Of a stretch of 32,000 bases of DNA, positions 1 through 10,111 are shown in pieces; position 1 is the stretch's first letter, and the number at the start of each line of letters is the position of its first letter. Source of the stretch: Dickeya dadantii NCPPB 898 (GTDB lineage Bacteria; Pseudomonadota; Gammaproteobacteria; Enterobacterales; Enterobacteriaceae); assembly GCF_000406145.1 (NCBI RefSeq), contig NZ_CM001976.1, forward strand, positions 897,260 through 929,259. The letters run 5' to 3'. Made by a program: the position numbers and the translations under genes. The notes below the pieces were generated by a model. That model was not told the origin of the DNA. It ran no database searches and worked only from the letters and a program-made list of their open reading frames with translations.

Positions 1-79
1 GCTGCAGCATGCGCAAATTAACGGCTGGTTCGCCAACGTGCGCTAACGACATATAAAAACTATAATATCAATACGATAG

Positions 80-115
80 ACAACAAGGGGCCGGCTGGCC
101 CCTTGTTGTTTGTGG
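80..115. terminator. Bidirectional stem-loop terminator downstream of talA
   Basis: Perfect 13-bp stem ACAACAAGGGGCC (80-92) / GGCCCCTTGTTGT (97-109) with 4-nt loop GGCT, followed by TTTGTGG on the + strand. It lies 18 nt beyond the talA stop codon. Confidence 0.7.
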
Positions 116-126
116 CGGAACCGTGT

Positions 127-1077
127 TTACAACCGGGCGGCCAGCAGATCTTCCAGTTTTTGCTGGTCGGCGGCAAACAGACGGATGCCTTCGGACAGTT
201 TCTCCACCGCCATCGGATCCTGATTATGCTGCCAGCGGAATTCGGTTTCCGACAGCGGCGCCGGCTGATGGAAGCCTTCGGTTGACGGGCTGAGAATGCG
301 TTCCACTGGCGTGGTGCTGTTTTTCAACTGTTCCAGTAACGGCGGGGCAATAGTCAGGCGATCGCACCCGGCCAGCGCCAGAATCTGTTCCACCTTGCGG
401 AAGCTGGCGCCCATCACGATGGTGCGATAGCGATGCTGTTTGTAGTACTCGTAAATACGCCGCACCGACAGCACGCCCGGATCCTGTTCGGCATCGTAGT
501 CGGCGGAGGGTTGTCTGGCCTGATACCAGTCGTAGATGCGGCCGACAAACGGCGAAATCAGATAGACGCCGGCTTCGGCGCAGGCGCGGGCCTGTGCAAA
601 CGAAAACAGCAGCGTCAGGTTGCAGTTAATCCCTTCCTTTTCCAGTTCTTCGGCGGCGCGGATCCCTTCCCAGGTAGCCGCCAGCTTGATCAGAATTCGC
701 GAGCGATGTACGTCCTTTTCCTCGTACATCGTCACCAGTTTGCGCGCTTTAGCCACACACATTCCGCGATCGAACGACAAACGGGCGTCCACTTCGGTGG
801 AAATCCGTCCGGGAATACTTTTCAGCACTTCGGCGCCGATATTGACCGCCAGACGGTCGCCGGCGTTAATGAGCAGGGTTTCTCTGGACCCGCCCTGCTG
901 GTGGGCGTAAGCCAGCGCATCGGCAAACAGCGGCTGATAAACCGGCAGGCTGGCGGCTTTTAGAATCAGGGATGGGTTGGTGGTGGCGTCCTGCGGTGAA
1001 AAGTGGCGAATAGATTCGATATCGCCGCTGTCTGCCACTACCACGGTGAATTGTTTCAATGCGTCTAGTTGGTTCAT
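127..1077 (-). CDS. talA: Transaldolase A
   Basis: The 316-aa product from ATG 1077 (GGGAG 7 nt upstream) starts [26 protein letters not shown] and is colinear with E. coli TalA through the C-terminal KLEDLLAA-L. The ORF-track start at 1113 adds 12 non-conserved residues. It is divergent from maeB, as in E. coli. Confidence 0.93.
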   Translation of the reverse strand: MNQLDALKQFTVVVADSGDIESIRHFSPQDATTNPSLILKAASLPVYQPLFADALAYAHQQGGSRETLLINAGDRLAVNIGAEVLKSIPGRISTEVDARLSFDRGMCVAKARKLVTMYEEKDVHRSRILIKLAATWEGIRAAEELEKEGINCNLTLLFSFAQARACAEAGVYLISPFVGRIYDWYQARQPSADYDAEQDPGVLSVRRIYEYYKQHRYRTIVMGASFRKVEQILALAGCDRLTIAPPLLEQLKNSTTPVERILSPSTEGFHQPAPLSETEFRWQHNQDPMAVEKLSEGIRLFAADQQKLEDLLAARL

Positions 1078-1450
1078 GGTTTGGCTCCCAGAAGAGAAAA
1101 TTGGCGGAACCACCCTGCAGGATTCTGTGGCGCAATGACATGCGTTTTTTCTGATTGCAGTTATCAGCAGGGTGATCTCCGATGCCGTAACACAGGCTAA
1201 GCATAGTCAATTTGTGTTGGGCTCGGCTGGTGACAGGGGAGAGCACAGGGAGCGATATCATCGATATTTGGTGATGTTTGGCCAGGAAAACAGTCGTTAT
1301 GGTGAGTGATTTTCAATCTCATTAATTAACTATATTAAGCGGTATTCCGTTGCGGATTTTGTAATGCTTCATGGTTTCGAAAATCACAGACACGGTACAC
1401 TGAGCGACTCGCCACCCTACCCACAAAGCGATAAGACAAGGTAATAAACT

Positions 1451-3730
1451 ATGGATGAACAACTGAAGCAAAGCGCACTGGACTTCCATCAATATCCGGT
1501 GCCGGGAAAAATCCAGGTCTCCCCGACCAAACCGCTGGCCACGCAGCGCGACCTGGCGCTGGCCTATTCCCCGGGCGTTGCTGCGCCTTGTCTGGAAATA
1601 GCTGAAGACCCGCTGGCGGCTTACAAATATACCGCGCGCGGCAATCTGGTGGCGGTGATCTCCAACGGTACCGCGGTGCTGGGGCTGGGCAACATCGGCG
1701 CGCTGGCCGGCAAGCCGGTGATGGAAGGCAAAGGGGTGCTGTTCAAGAAGTTCTCCGGCGTCGATGTGTTCGATATCGAAGTGGACGAGCAGGATCCGGA
1801 CAAGCTGATCGACGTGATCGCGGCGCTGGAGCCCACTTTCGGCGGCATCAACCTGGAAGATATCAAGGCGCCCGAGTGCTTCTACATCGAGCAGAAGCTG
1901 CGTGAGCGCATGAAGATTCCGGTATTCCACGACGATCAGCACGGCACAGCTATCATCTGTACCGCGGCGGTGCTTAACGGCCTGCGCGTGGTGGAAAAAC
2001 AGATTTCCGACGTCCGGCTGGTGGTGTCCGGCGCGGGCGCGGCATCCATCGCCTGCCTGAACCTGCTGGTGGCGCTGGGTCTGAAACATGAAAACATTGT
2101 GGTGTGCGACTCTCGCGGCGTGATCTACAAAGGCCGTGAAGCCAACATGGCGGAAACCAAAGCGGCTTACGCTATCGATGATAACGGCAGTCGTTCGCTG
2201 GCCGATGCCATCCCGAACGCAGATATTTTCCTCGGCTGTTCCGGTCCGGGCGTGTTGACGCAGGATATGGTGAAAACCATGGCGCCGCGTCCGCTGATCA
2301 TGGCGCTGGCTAACCCGGAGCCGGAAATTCTGCCGCCGCTGGTGAAAGAAGTGCGCCCGGACGCCATCGTGTGCACCGGTCGTTCCGACTATCCGAACCA
2401 GGTCAACAACGTACTGTGTTTCCCGTTCATCTTCCGCGGCGCGCTGGATGTGGGCGCGACCACCATCAATGAAGAGATGAAGCTGGCCTGCGTGCACGCC
2501 ATTGCCGATCTGGCGCTGGCGGAGCAGAGCGAAGTGGTGGCGTCCGCCTACGGCGATCAGGATCTCTCCTTCGGGCCGGAATACCTGATTCCCAAACCGT
2601 TCGATCCGCGCTTGATCATCAAGATCGCGCCGGCGGTGGCGAAAGCGGCGATGGAGTCCGGCGTGGCGACCCGTCCGATTGAAAACTTCGACGATTACAT
2701 CGAGAAACTGACGCAGTTCGTCTATAAAACCAACCTGTTCATGAAGCCCATCTTCGCTCAGGCCCGCACCCAGCCGAAACGCGTGGTGCTGGCGGAAGGG
2801 GAAGACCCGCGCGTGCTGCATGCCACGCAGGAGCTGGTGTCGCTGGGGCTGGCGTTTCCGGTGCTGATCGGCCGTCCGGGCGTGATCGAAAAACGCATCC
2901 AGAAGCTGGGCTTGCAGATCGCCATCGGCAAGGATTTCGAGGTGGTGAACAACGAATCCGACCCGCGTTTCAAAGCCTACTGGACCGAATATTTCGAGAT
3001 GATGAAACGCCGCGGCGTGTCTCAGGAGCAGGCGCAGCGCGACATGCGCGGCAACCCGACGCTGATCGGTTCCATAATGGTTCATCGCGGCGAAGCGGAT
3101 GCGATGATCTGCGGTACGGTCGGTAACTATGAAGAGCACTTCGGCGTGGTGGAGAAGGTGTTCGGCTACCGTGACGGCGTGCATGTGGCGGGGGCGATGA
3201 ACGCGCTGCTGCTGCCGAGCGGCAACACCTTTATCGCCGATACCTACGTCAATCCGGACCCGACGCCGGAACAGCTGGCGGAAATCACCCTGATGGCGGC
3301 CCGCACCGTGCGCCGTTTCGGGATCGAACCGAAGGTGGCGCTGCTGTCGCATTCCAGCTTCGGCACCTCTGATTCGCCGACGGCGAAGAAAATGCGCGCC
3401 ACGCTGGCACTGGTGAACCAACTGGCGCCGGAACTGCAGATCGACGGCGAAATGCACGGCGACGCCGCGCTGGTGGAAGCCATCCGTCGTGAGCAGATGC
3501 CGAACAGCCCGCTGAAAGGCGCCGCCAACATCCTGATCATGCCGAACATGGAAGCCGCCCGCATCAGTTACAACCTGCTGCGCGTCTCTTCTTCTGAAGG
3601 CGTGACCGTCGGGCCGGTACTGATGGGCGTTGCCAAACCGGTGCACATCCTGACGCCGATCGCCTCCGTGCGCCGTATCGTCAACATGGTCGCGCTGGCG
3701 GTGGTGGAAGCGCAGACCGAATTGCTATAA
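1451..3730 (+). CDS. maeB: NADP-dependent malic enzyme (malic enzyme domain fused to a phosphotransacetylase-like domain)
   Basis: The product is 759 aa, the same length as E. coli MaeB. The N-terminus [21 protein letters not shown] and motifs such as [10 protein letters not shown] are typical. The C-terminal half is PTA-like. Confidence 0.95.
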   Translation: MDEQLKQSALDFHQYPVPGKIQVSPTKPLATQRDLALAYSPGVAAPCLEIAEDPLAAYKYTARGNLVAVISNGTAVLGLGNIGALAGKPVMEGKGVLFKKFSGVDVFDIEVDEQDPDKLIDVIAALEPTFGGINLEDIKAPECFYIEQKLRERMKIPVFHDDQHGTAIICTAAVLNGLRVVEKQISDVRLVVSGAGAASIACLNLLVALGLKHENIVVCDSRGVIYKGREANMAETKAAYAIDDNGSRSLADAIPNADIFLGCSGPGVLTQDMVKTMAPRPLIMALANPEPEILPPLVKEVRPDAIVCTGRSDYPNQVNNVLCFPFIFRGALDVGATTINEEMKLACVHAIADLALAEQSEVVASAYGDQDLSFGPEYLIPKPFDPRLIIKIAPAVAKAAMESGVATRPIENFDDYIEKLTQFVYKTNLFMKPIFAQARTQPKRVVLAEGEDPRVLHATQELVSLGLAFPVLIGRPGVIEKRIQKLGLQIAIGKDFEVVNNESDPRFKAYWTEYFEMMKRRGVSQEQAQRDMRGNPTLIGSIMVHRGEADAMICGTVGNYEEHFGVVEKVFGYRDGVHVAGAMNALLLPSGNTFIADTYVNPDPTPEQLAEITLMAARTVRRFGIEPKVALLSHSSFGTSDSPTAKKMRATLALVNQLAPELQIDGEMHGDAALVEAIRREQMPNSPLKGAANILIMPNMEAARISYNLLRVSSSEGVTVGPVLMGVAKPVHILTPIASVRRIVNMVALAVVEAQTELL

Positions 3731-3758
3731 TTCGGCGCGTTGTCGTAGCGAAAAGACC

Positions 3759-3784
3759 AAACCGGCAGGGTAACCTGCCGGTTT
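3759..3784 (+). terminator. Stem-loop directly after maeB (copy 1 of a duplicated hairpin)
   Basis: AAACCGGCAGG-GTAA-CCTGCCGGTTT forms an 11-bp stem 29 nt after the maeB stop. Only TTT follows the stem, so the U-tract is weak. Positions 3761-3784 are identical to 4136-4159. Confidence 0.55.
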
Positions 3785-4135
3785 AGATTGCTGACAAACC
3801 CTATAAGTGCAAAATGAAGGGTTTTCCCGGCGTTAAAACTGTGCTGAGGTGAGCGACTTCGCCGGGTGAGCGGCATGGATGCCGCGAAAGCCCGTGCCGC
3901 GTCTGGAACGCGTCGCGGGCGGCCCGAACAGCGAAGGCGAACGCCGAAGGGACCGCGTCAGCGGCACAGTTTAGCCACCAGCCAGAGGTCAAGGAGAGGT
4001 GGCCTTTGAACCTCTCCTTGTCGTGCGTGCGATGGAATGGCAGAGAAACGACACCGTTTATCCCGCACGAAACTATTCACTTACCAGACAAAATTCACCG
4101 TTCGTAAGACAACATGGCTGTTTGTCAACAGTCTC
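3785..4135. other. 351-bp non-coding structured segment bracketed by identical 24-nt direct repeats
   Basis: The segment contains hairpin AAACCCT/AGGGTTT (3796-3824). A GC-rich 137-bp module is bounded by inverted 9-mers AAACTGTGC (3836-3844) / GCACAGTTT (3964-3972) and has internal stems such as GCCCGTGCCGCG..CGCGTCGCGGGC. A perfect 11-bp stem CAAGGAGAGGT/ACCTCTCCTTG lies at 3990-4020. There is no convincing ORF. Confidence 0.5.
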
Positions 4136-4165
4136 ACCGGCAGGGTAACCTGCCGGTTTTTTTTT

Positions 4166-4167
<2 letters not shown>
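4136..4167 (+). terminator. Strong Rho-independent terminator (copy 2 of the duplicated hairpin)
   Basis: ACCGGCAGG-GTAA-CCTGCCGGT is followed by an 11-T run (4157-4167). The T-run overlaps the yaiI stop codon on the opposite strand. Confidence 0.8.
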
Positions 4168-5586
<1,419 letters not shown>

Positions 5587-5761
5587 TTATTCCCTGGTTT
5601 ACTAGTCTTAGTATATCGAAATTCGGCAGCTCGCCTATCACCGGTCATGCCGCCGGCGAGAATCGGCGTCATTGCTGAAAAGTGTATGACGGAGATATTG
5701 CGTCTGCGGTGAATCACGGGATAATCGGGTATCACCTATTGACTCTAGATGGCGAGCAGCG

Positions 5762-6187
5762 ATGGAAATCCGCATATTCAGGCAAGATGACTTTGAAGAA
5801 GTGATCACCCTCTGGGAACGTTGCGATTTGCTGCGCCCCTGGAATGATCCGGAAATGGATATTGAGCGCAAGCTCAACCATGATCCCGACCTGTTTCTGG
5901 TGGCGGAAGTGGGCGGTGAGGTGGTCGGCTCGGTGATGGGGGGCTATGACGGCCACCGTGGCTCGGCCTACTATCTGGGGGTGCATCCCGATTACCGTGG
6001 CCGCGGCATCGCCAACGCGCTGATTAGCCGTCTGGAGAAAAAACTGATCGCGCGTGGTTGCCCGAAGATCCACCTGATGGTGCGTCAAAGCAACACGGCC
6101 GTCATCAGCATGTATGAAAAGATGAATTACGATATGGTCGACAGTATCACGCTGGGCAAGCGCCTGATTGAAGACCAGGAGTATTGA
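5762..6187 (+). CDS. ypeA: GNAT family N-acetyltransferase YpeA
   Basis: The 141-aa product [37 protein letters not shown]...[10 protein letters not shown] is near-identical in layout to E. coli YpeA. Confidence 0.92.
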   Translation: MEIRIFRQDDFEEVITLWERCDLLRPWNDPEMDIERKLNHDPDLFLVAEVGGEVVGSVMGGYDGHRGSAYYLGVHPDYRGRGIANALISRLEKKLIARGCPKIHLMVRQSNTAVISMYEKMNYDMVDSITLGKRLIEDQEY

Positions 6188-6398
6188 CCGTTCCCCTCTG
6201 ACCGTGTTTGCAATCCGTCGGTTGTTGACGGGGAGATGCCGCCTTATCTCCGTCTGACGCCGAGCGCTATCCTTAGCCCGTCGGCTGCATTTTTCCTTTC
6301 TTTTTCTGTTTCTGTTCGCGCATCCGCGCAATGTTCCCGCTAGCGGTTTTCTACCTGTCCTAAAGGTTAGGTTTGTGCTGGCGTAATGTAAAAATCAA

Positions 6399-6440
6399 TT
6401 GATAATGGGTATCATTTGTAAAATAATTCTCATTATTATA
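6399..6440 (+). promoter_or_regulatory. Sigma70-like promoter overlapped by two tandem Fur boxes
   Basis: GATAATGGGTATCATTTGT (6401-6419) and TAAAATAATTCTCATTATT (6419-6437) each match 13 of 19 positions of the Fur consensus GATAATGATAATCATTATC (hand count). TTGATA (6399-6404) is a plausible -35, with AATAAT/ATAATT about 17-18 nt downstream. The site lies about 110 nt upstream of the TonB-like gene. Confidence 0.6.
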
Positions 6441-6543
6441 AAAGGACGTTTCTGCTTGCTTTTGGGATGGGAAATCAGGGGGCGCCGCCGTTGTTCTGTC
6501 CATGATTTGATACTTATTTCTATAAATAAAACATGGTATTACG

Positions 6544-7413
6544 TTGAAATCTACGCATTCTCTTCTGTTGTCCGTTGGGGTACATCTGTCGCTGGTCTGG
6601 GCCTTGTTGTGGGGGTATGCGTCTCACGATCGACCGGTGCTGCAGGCCGGGCGCGCCGGAGAAAGCATGACCGGCATGCATGTTACGTCGTTCTCCGCCC
6701 ACGCCGTGCGGTTGCTTTCCGCCACCATCGCAACATCGCCCGCCGACGAACCGGTTACAACTTCCCGCGCAACGCCTGTTGCGGTAGCACCGACGGTGAT
6801 GCCGGTTAACGATCGCGCCGTGGTGACGGTCGCGTCTTCTAATTCCACCGCGACAACGCGTCCGCAAAAACCAACGGAGAAGACCCGCGAAATACCGCAC
6901 CCGCCAAAAGACCCTGCACCGGTGCGGGCGAAAGAAAAGGCGGACGTCAGGACAACCCCCGCTGAACCACGCAGTGAAACCCGTGATGCGCCGGCGCCTG
7001 TGGCGGGCGCAACAAGCCCGGCTGAGCCGGGAAATCACACCATGGCGTCAGCTAACGCCAGCGCCTCGGCAGGCGGGCAGGCCGCACCGGCGGGGGAAAG
7101 TACGCTGGGGCAGGCCAGTCAGGGCGCAGGCACCAGCCAAACCGGCGCGTTGAAAGCGCTGCAACGCCGGGTGAATTACCCCGTGCGGGCGCGTTCGATG
7201 GGCGTGGAAGGGCTGGTGAGGCTGCGGTTTGACGTCACGGCCAGCGGCACGGTCACCAACATTCGGGTGCTGTCGGAGAACCCTGACGGGATGTTTAGCA
7301 GCGACGTTATCAAAGACATGGCGCGCTGGCGTTATCAGGCCGGTTCAGCGGTTGCCGACCAGACGGTATCCGTCATTTTTCGGCTGAATGGCCATATCGA
7401 AATTCAGAATTGA
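6544..7413 (+). CDS. fusB: TonB-family energy transducer paralogue (FusB-like)
   Basis: The N-terminal anchor LLLSVGVHLSLVWALLW has the TonB SxxxH motif. A Pro/Lys/Glu-rich spacer (PQKPTEKTREIPHPPKDPAPVRAKEK) follows, then a C-terminal TonB domain (RRVNYPVRARSMGVEGLVRLRFDVTASGTVTNIRVL). The only in-frame start upstream of the TM helix is TTG 6544, with no clear SD. The symbol is assigned by operon context. Confidence 0.8.
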   Translation: MKSTHSLLLSVGVHLSLVWALLWGYASHDRPVLQAGRAGESMTGMHVTSFSAHAVRLLSATIATSPADEPVTTSRATPVAVAPTVMPVNDRAVVTVASSNSTATTRPQKPTEKTREIPHPPKDPAPVRAKEKADVRTTPAEPRSETRDAPAPVAGATSPAEPGNHTMASANASASAGGQAAPAGESTLGQASQGAGTSQTGALKALQRRVNYPVRARSMGVEGLVRLRFDVTASGTVTNIRVLSENPDGMFSSDVIKDMARWRYQAGSAVADQTVSVIFRLNGHIEIQN

Positions 7414-7455
7414 TTTTTTTGTTTTCAATATCATCAGGGGTACAGGAATAACGAC

Positions 7456-10026
7456 ATGAATAAGCATCTCTATTTGATGATGATACTCGGCGTATCATCA
7501 ACGGCCACGGCTGCCGAACAGACGGCTCAAACAGAAAATACCGCTACCGATAAACCGGTGGCGGCAGAAAAGAAAAATGCCGATGAAGATACTATTCTGG
7601 TGCGCTCCACTCCCACCAGTCAGAGCATGGGTACGCAGATTATCAACAGCGAGCAGATTCAGCGTCGGCCGACTCGTAACGGCAGCGTCACTGAATTATT
7701 GCGCTCCAACCCAAACGTGCGATTTTCCAATAGCCTTGACAGCAGCCAGACGCCCGGTGAACTGGCGCCGGAAAACGTGTCGTTTCATGGCGAGAAGTTT
7801 TACCAAAATAACTACATGATCGACGGGTTATCCAATAATAATGTCATCAACCCCGGCGCTAATAATGGCGAGCTGAGCAATACACCGGATGGATATTCGC
7901 CAACCGACCTGCCCGCCGGCGGTGCGCAATCATTCTGGGTTAATTCGGAGTTGATCGAGCAATTACAGGTATTCGACAGCAATATCTCCGCGAAATACGG
8001 CGACTTTACCGGCGGCGTGGTCGATGCCAAATTAAAAGACCCGAAACTAGACCGCGCTTCCGGCAAGGTTTCTTATCGTACTACTCGCGACAGCTGGGCC
8101 CGTTATCATATTGACGACGATATTGAGGGCGATTTTTATTCAGCCAGTCAGCTCTATTATCAGCCGAAATTCCGCAAGAATTTTTATTCCGCCACCTTTA
8201 ATCAGCCATTAAGCGACAAGGCCGGATTTATTTTTGCCTATAACCGCCAGCAATCGTCGATCCCGTTTTACAACAGCGTCATGGACGAATGGGTCACGCA
8301 GACGCGTGAGGCGGAAACCTATTTGCTTAAAGGCACCTATCTGGCGGATAACGGCGATATTTTCCGCCTGACCGGCATGTACGCGCCGCATGAGTCCGGC
8401 TATTACAAAAAAGACATCAAAAACGGCGGTTATACCAATACCGGCGGCGGCTATCGCGGCAATATTGAATGGGAACACCATGCGGACTGGGGGAAAGTGA
8501 GCAGTCTGGCGGGGTATCAGTTTGAGGAAAACCGCATTGAACATGAGGCCGATACCTATCAGACCTGGTATCGCTATAACCTGTCGTCCCGATTTGTGTC
8601 CAGAGTGGTGGACTGGGGAACGGGGGTTGCGGGAAATAACGCGCAGTTATCAGGGATCGGCGGTTATGGCAAATATGCCACGGAAAAACAGACCTTCACG
8701 TTCAAACAGGATTACGAGTTAAATCCGCTCGCGTTGTGGGGCACCAGCCATCAGATGGATATGGGCTGGCAGGTGGATTCTTACCGCGCGCAATATCGCC
8801 GTTTTAGCGATGTGTATACCAATCGTAATACACCCACCATCAGCACCAACGTGGTGTGCCAGGCCGGCGACGCCTTCTGTATCAATGGCGAGCAGTACTA
8901 CCGCAACCGCAATCTGTTCCCGGCGCGTCAGGTGGAAGGCAATTACGTCAACTATGCCGTGTATTTGCAGGACAGCGTCAGTTACAAGAATCTGGAAGTG
9001 ACGCCGGGCGTGCGTCTGCAGTATGACGACTATCTGAAAAACCTGAATATCGCCCCGCGTCTGGCGGCGTCTTACGATGTGTTCGGCGATCGCGCTACCC
9101 GCATTTTCGGCGGCGCCAACCGTTACTACGCCCAGAACATGCTGGCGTATAAACTGCGCGCCGGAATCAACGAGTCGGTAGTGCAGAGTCGTACCAGCGC
9201 CAGCAGCGCCTGGACCAGCGGCAATACCAGCTATGGCACTAATGACTACGATATTTCCGACCTGAAAACGCCGTACAGCGACGAGTTGTCGCTGGGGCTG
9301 TCGCAACGGGTGTACGACACCGTCTGGACGCTGAAATGGGTTAATCGTCAGGGGCGCGACCAGTTTGGCCGCAGCAATAGAACCGATGACAGCGGCCAAC
9401 GCTATTACTACCTGACCAATGACGCTCGTACCGAAGGCAATACGGTTTCGCTGACGGTAGAGCCTATCAGTCCGTATAAGCTGAAATACGCCGATATTCG
9501 CTGGGGACTTAGCGCCAGCATGGCGGATAACAAGACCAGCTCGCAGATTTACTACGACCAGGGCAACCTGGACGACCGCAAAGTGATTTTCAAAGGCCGC
9601 CTGACCGATCGTCGTGACATGGATGCGCTGGACTACAACACCCCCTGGTCGGTGGCGCTGAACATCAACACCTATTTCCCGGCCATTCGCCTTAACTGGG
9701 ATCATAACCTGGCCTATACCTCCGGTTACAAAGGCTACCGTACCTCCAGCGTGACCTGCTCCGGCAGCGCCAGCAGCGTCAGCGCCTGCGGCGATTACAC
9801 CGGTAGCGCCACGCTGTACACCGAGCGCCAGTATCAGGATTACGTCTCCTACGACTGGCGATTCAACTACTCCTTGCCCACCTATAAAAACCAGTCGCTG
9901 GACCTGACGCTGGACGTGATCAACGTATTCGACAACGTGATCGCCACCTCACAGGAATCCACCGGCGATACGGTGACCTACAAGCTGGGTCGTCAGTTCT
10001 GGCTGGGTGTGGCTTACAACTGGTAA
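7456..10026 (+). CDS. fusA: TonB-dependent outer-membrane receptor, YddB/FusA-like
   Basis: The 856-aa product has a signal peptide MNKHLYLMMILGVSSTATA-AE, a TonB-box-like EDTILVRS, a plug region followed by a long beta-barrel, and a C-terminal WLGVAYNW aromatic terminus. It sits between a tonB paralogue and an M16 protease. Confidence 0.85.
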   Translation: MNKHLYLMMILGVSSTATAAEQTAQTENTATDKPVAAEKKNADEDTILVRSTPTSQSMGTQIINSEQIQRRPTRNGSVTELLRSNPNVRFSNSLDSSQTPGELAPENVSFHGEKFYQNNYMIDGLSNNNVINPGANNGELSNTPDGYSPTDLPAGGAQSFWVNSELIEQLQVFDSNISAKYGDFTGGVVDAKLKDPKLDRASGKVSYRTTRDSWARYHIDDDIEGDFYSASQLYYQPKFRKNFYSATFNQPLSDKAGFIFAYNRQQSSIPFYNSVMDEWVTQTREAETYLLKGTYLADNGDIFRLTGMYAPHESGYYKKDIKNGGYTNTGGGYRGNIEWEHHADWGKVSSLAGYQFEENRIEHEADTYQTWYRYNLSSRFVSRVVDWGTGVAGNNAQLSGIGGYGKYATEKQTFTFKQDYELNPLALWGTSHQMDMGWQVDSYRAQYRRFSDVYTNRNTPTISTNVVCQAGDAFCINGEQYYRNRNLFPARQVEGNYVNYAVYLQDSVSYKNLEVTPGVRLQYDDYLKNLNIAPRLAASYDVFGDRATRIFGGANRYYAQNMLAYKLRAGINESVVQSRTSASSAWTSGNTSYGTNDYDISDLKTPYSDELSLGLSQRVYDTVWTLKWVNRQGRDQFGRSNRTDDSGQRYYYLTNDARTEGNTVSLTVEPISPYKLKYADIRWGLSASMADNKTSSQIYYDQGNLDDRKVIFKGRLTDRRDMDALDYNTPWSVALNINTYFPAIRLNWDHNLAYTSGYKGYRTSSVTCSGSASSVSACGDYTGSATLYTERQYQDYVSYDWRFNYSLPTYKNQSLDLTLDVINVFDNVIATSQESTGDTVTYKLGRQFWLGVAYNW

Positions 10027-10034
10027 TGGCCTGA

Positions 10035-10066
10035 CGCCGGGGCGCGGGTACGTCCCGCCCCCGGCG
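10035..10066 (+). other. GC-rich intercistronic stem-loop between the receptor and protease genes
   Basis: CGCCGGGGCG(C)GGG ... CCCGCCCCGGCG forms a stem of about 12 bp with one bulge, 9 nt after the receptor stop. No U-tract follows (ATAAAACAG). Confidence 0.55.
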
Positions 10067-10111
10067 ATAAAACAGTAACTTAATGAGATATCTCGTCGGT
10101 TTTACATACCT

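Noticed and set aside
1-52. Possible truncated gene at the left edge. It is either a + strand 3' end (..LQHAQINGWFANVR* stopping at 44-46) or a minus-strand start (ATG at 52, MSLAHVGEPAVNLRMLQ..).
   Set aside because: At 52 nt or less it is too short to distinguish the two readings. The minus-strand ATG has no SD, and neither peptide is recognisable to me (it is not tktB, which follows talA in E. coli). It is left unannotated.
1322-3646. A 774-aa ORF antisense to maeB.
   Set aside because: It mirrors the maeB reading frame and is Arg/His/Gly/Gln-rich low-information sequence with no recognisable motif. Long antisense ORFs are expected in GC-rich genes with strong third-position bias, and maeB on the + strand is unambiguous.
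3785-3796. The 12-mer AGATTGCTGACA shared between 3785-3796 and 15645-15656.
   Set aside because: Dozens of chance 12-mer coincidences are expected in a 32-kb window when both strands are considered, and there is no extended similarity around the matches.
3836-3972. Calling the 137-bp imperfect palindrome an ERIC/IRU element.
   Set aside because: The size and palindromic nature fit, and CTGAGGTGAGCG resembles the ERIC core CTGGGGTGAGCG at 11 of 12 positions. The rest does not match what I remember of the ERIC consensus, and I cannot run an alignment. It is kept as an unnamed structured repeat candidate.
3999-4148. A 50-codon frame (GTG 3999, or ATG 4032 for 39 codons) running through the element and stopping in the terminator loop. 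The 64-aa track ORF 4037-4231 belongs with it.
   Set aside because: The AAGGAG is only 2 nt from the GTG and is locked in an 11-bp stem, and the ATG has no SD. The track ORF reads through an 11-T terminator into the yaiI antisense strand. The composition is not protein-like.
6399-6809. A 136-aa ORF starting in the Fur-box region and overlapping the tonB-like gene in another frame.
   Set aside because: It starts inside the promoter and operator. Its N-terminus is an Ile/Lys-rich translation of AT-rich DNA, followed by an Arg-rich shadow frame. The TonB-like frame has clear domain architecture.
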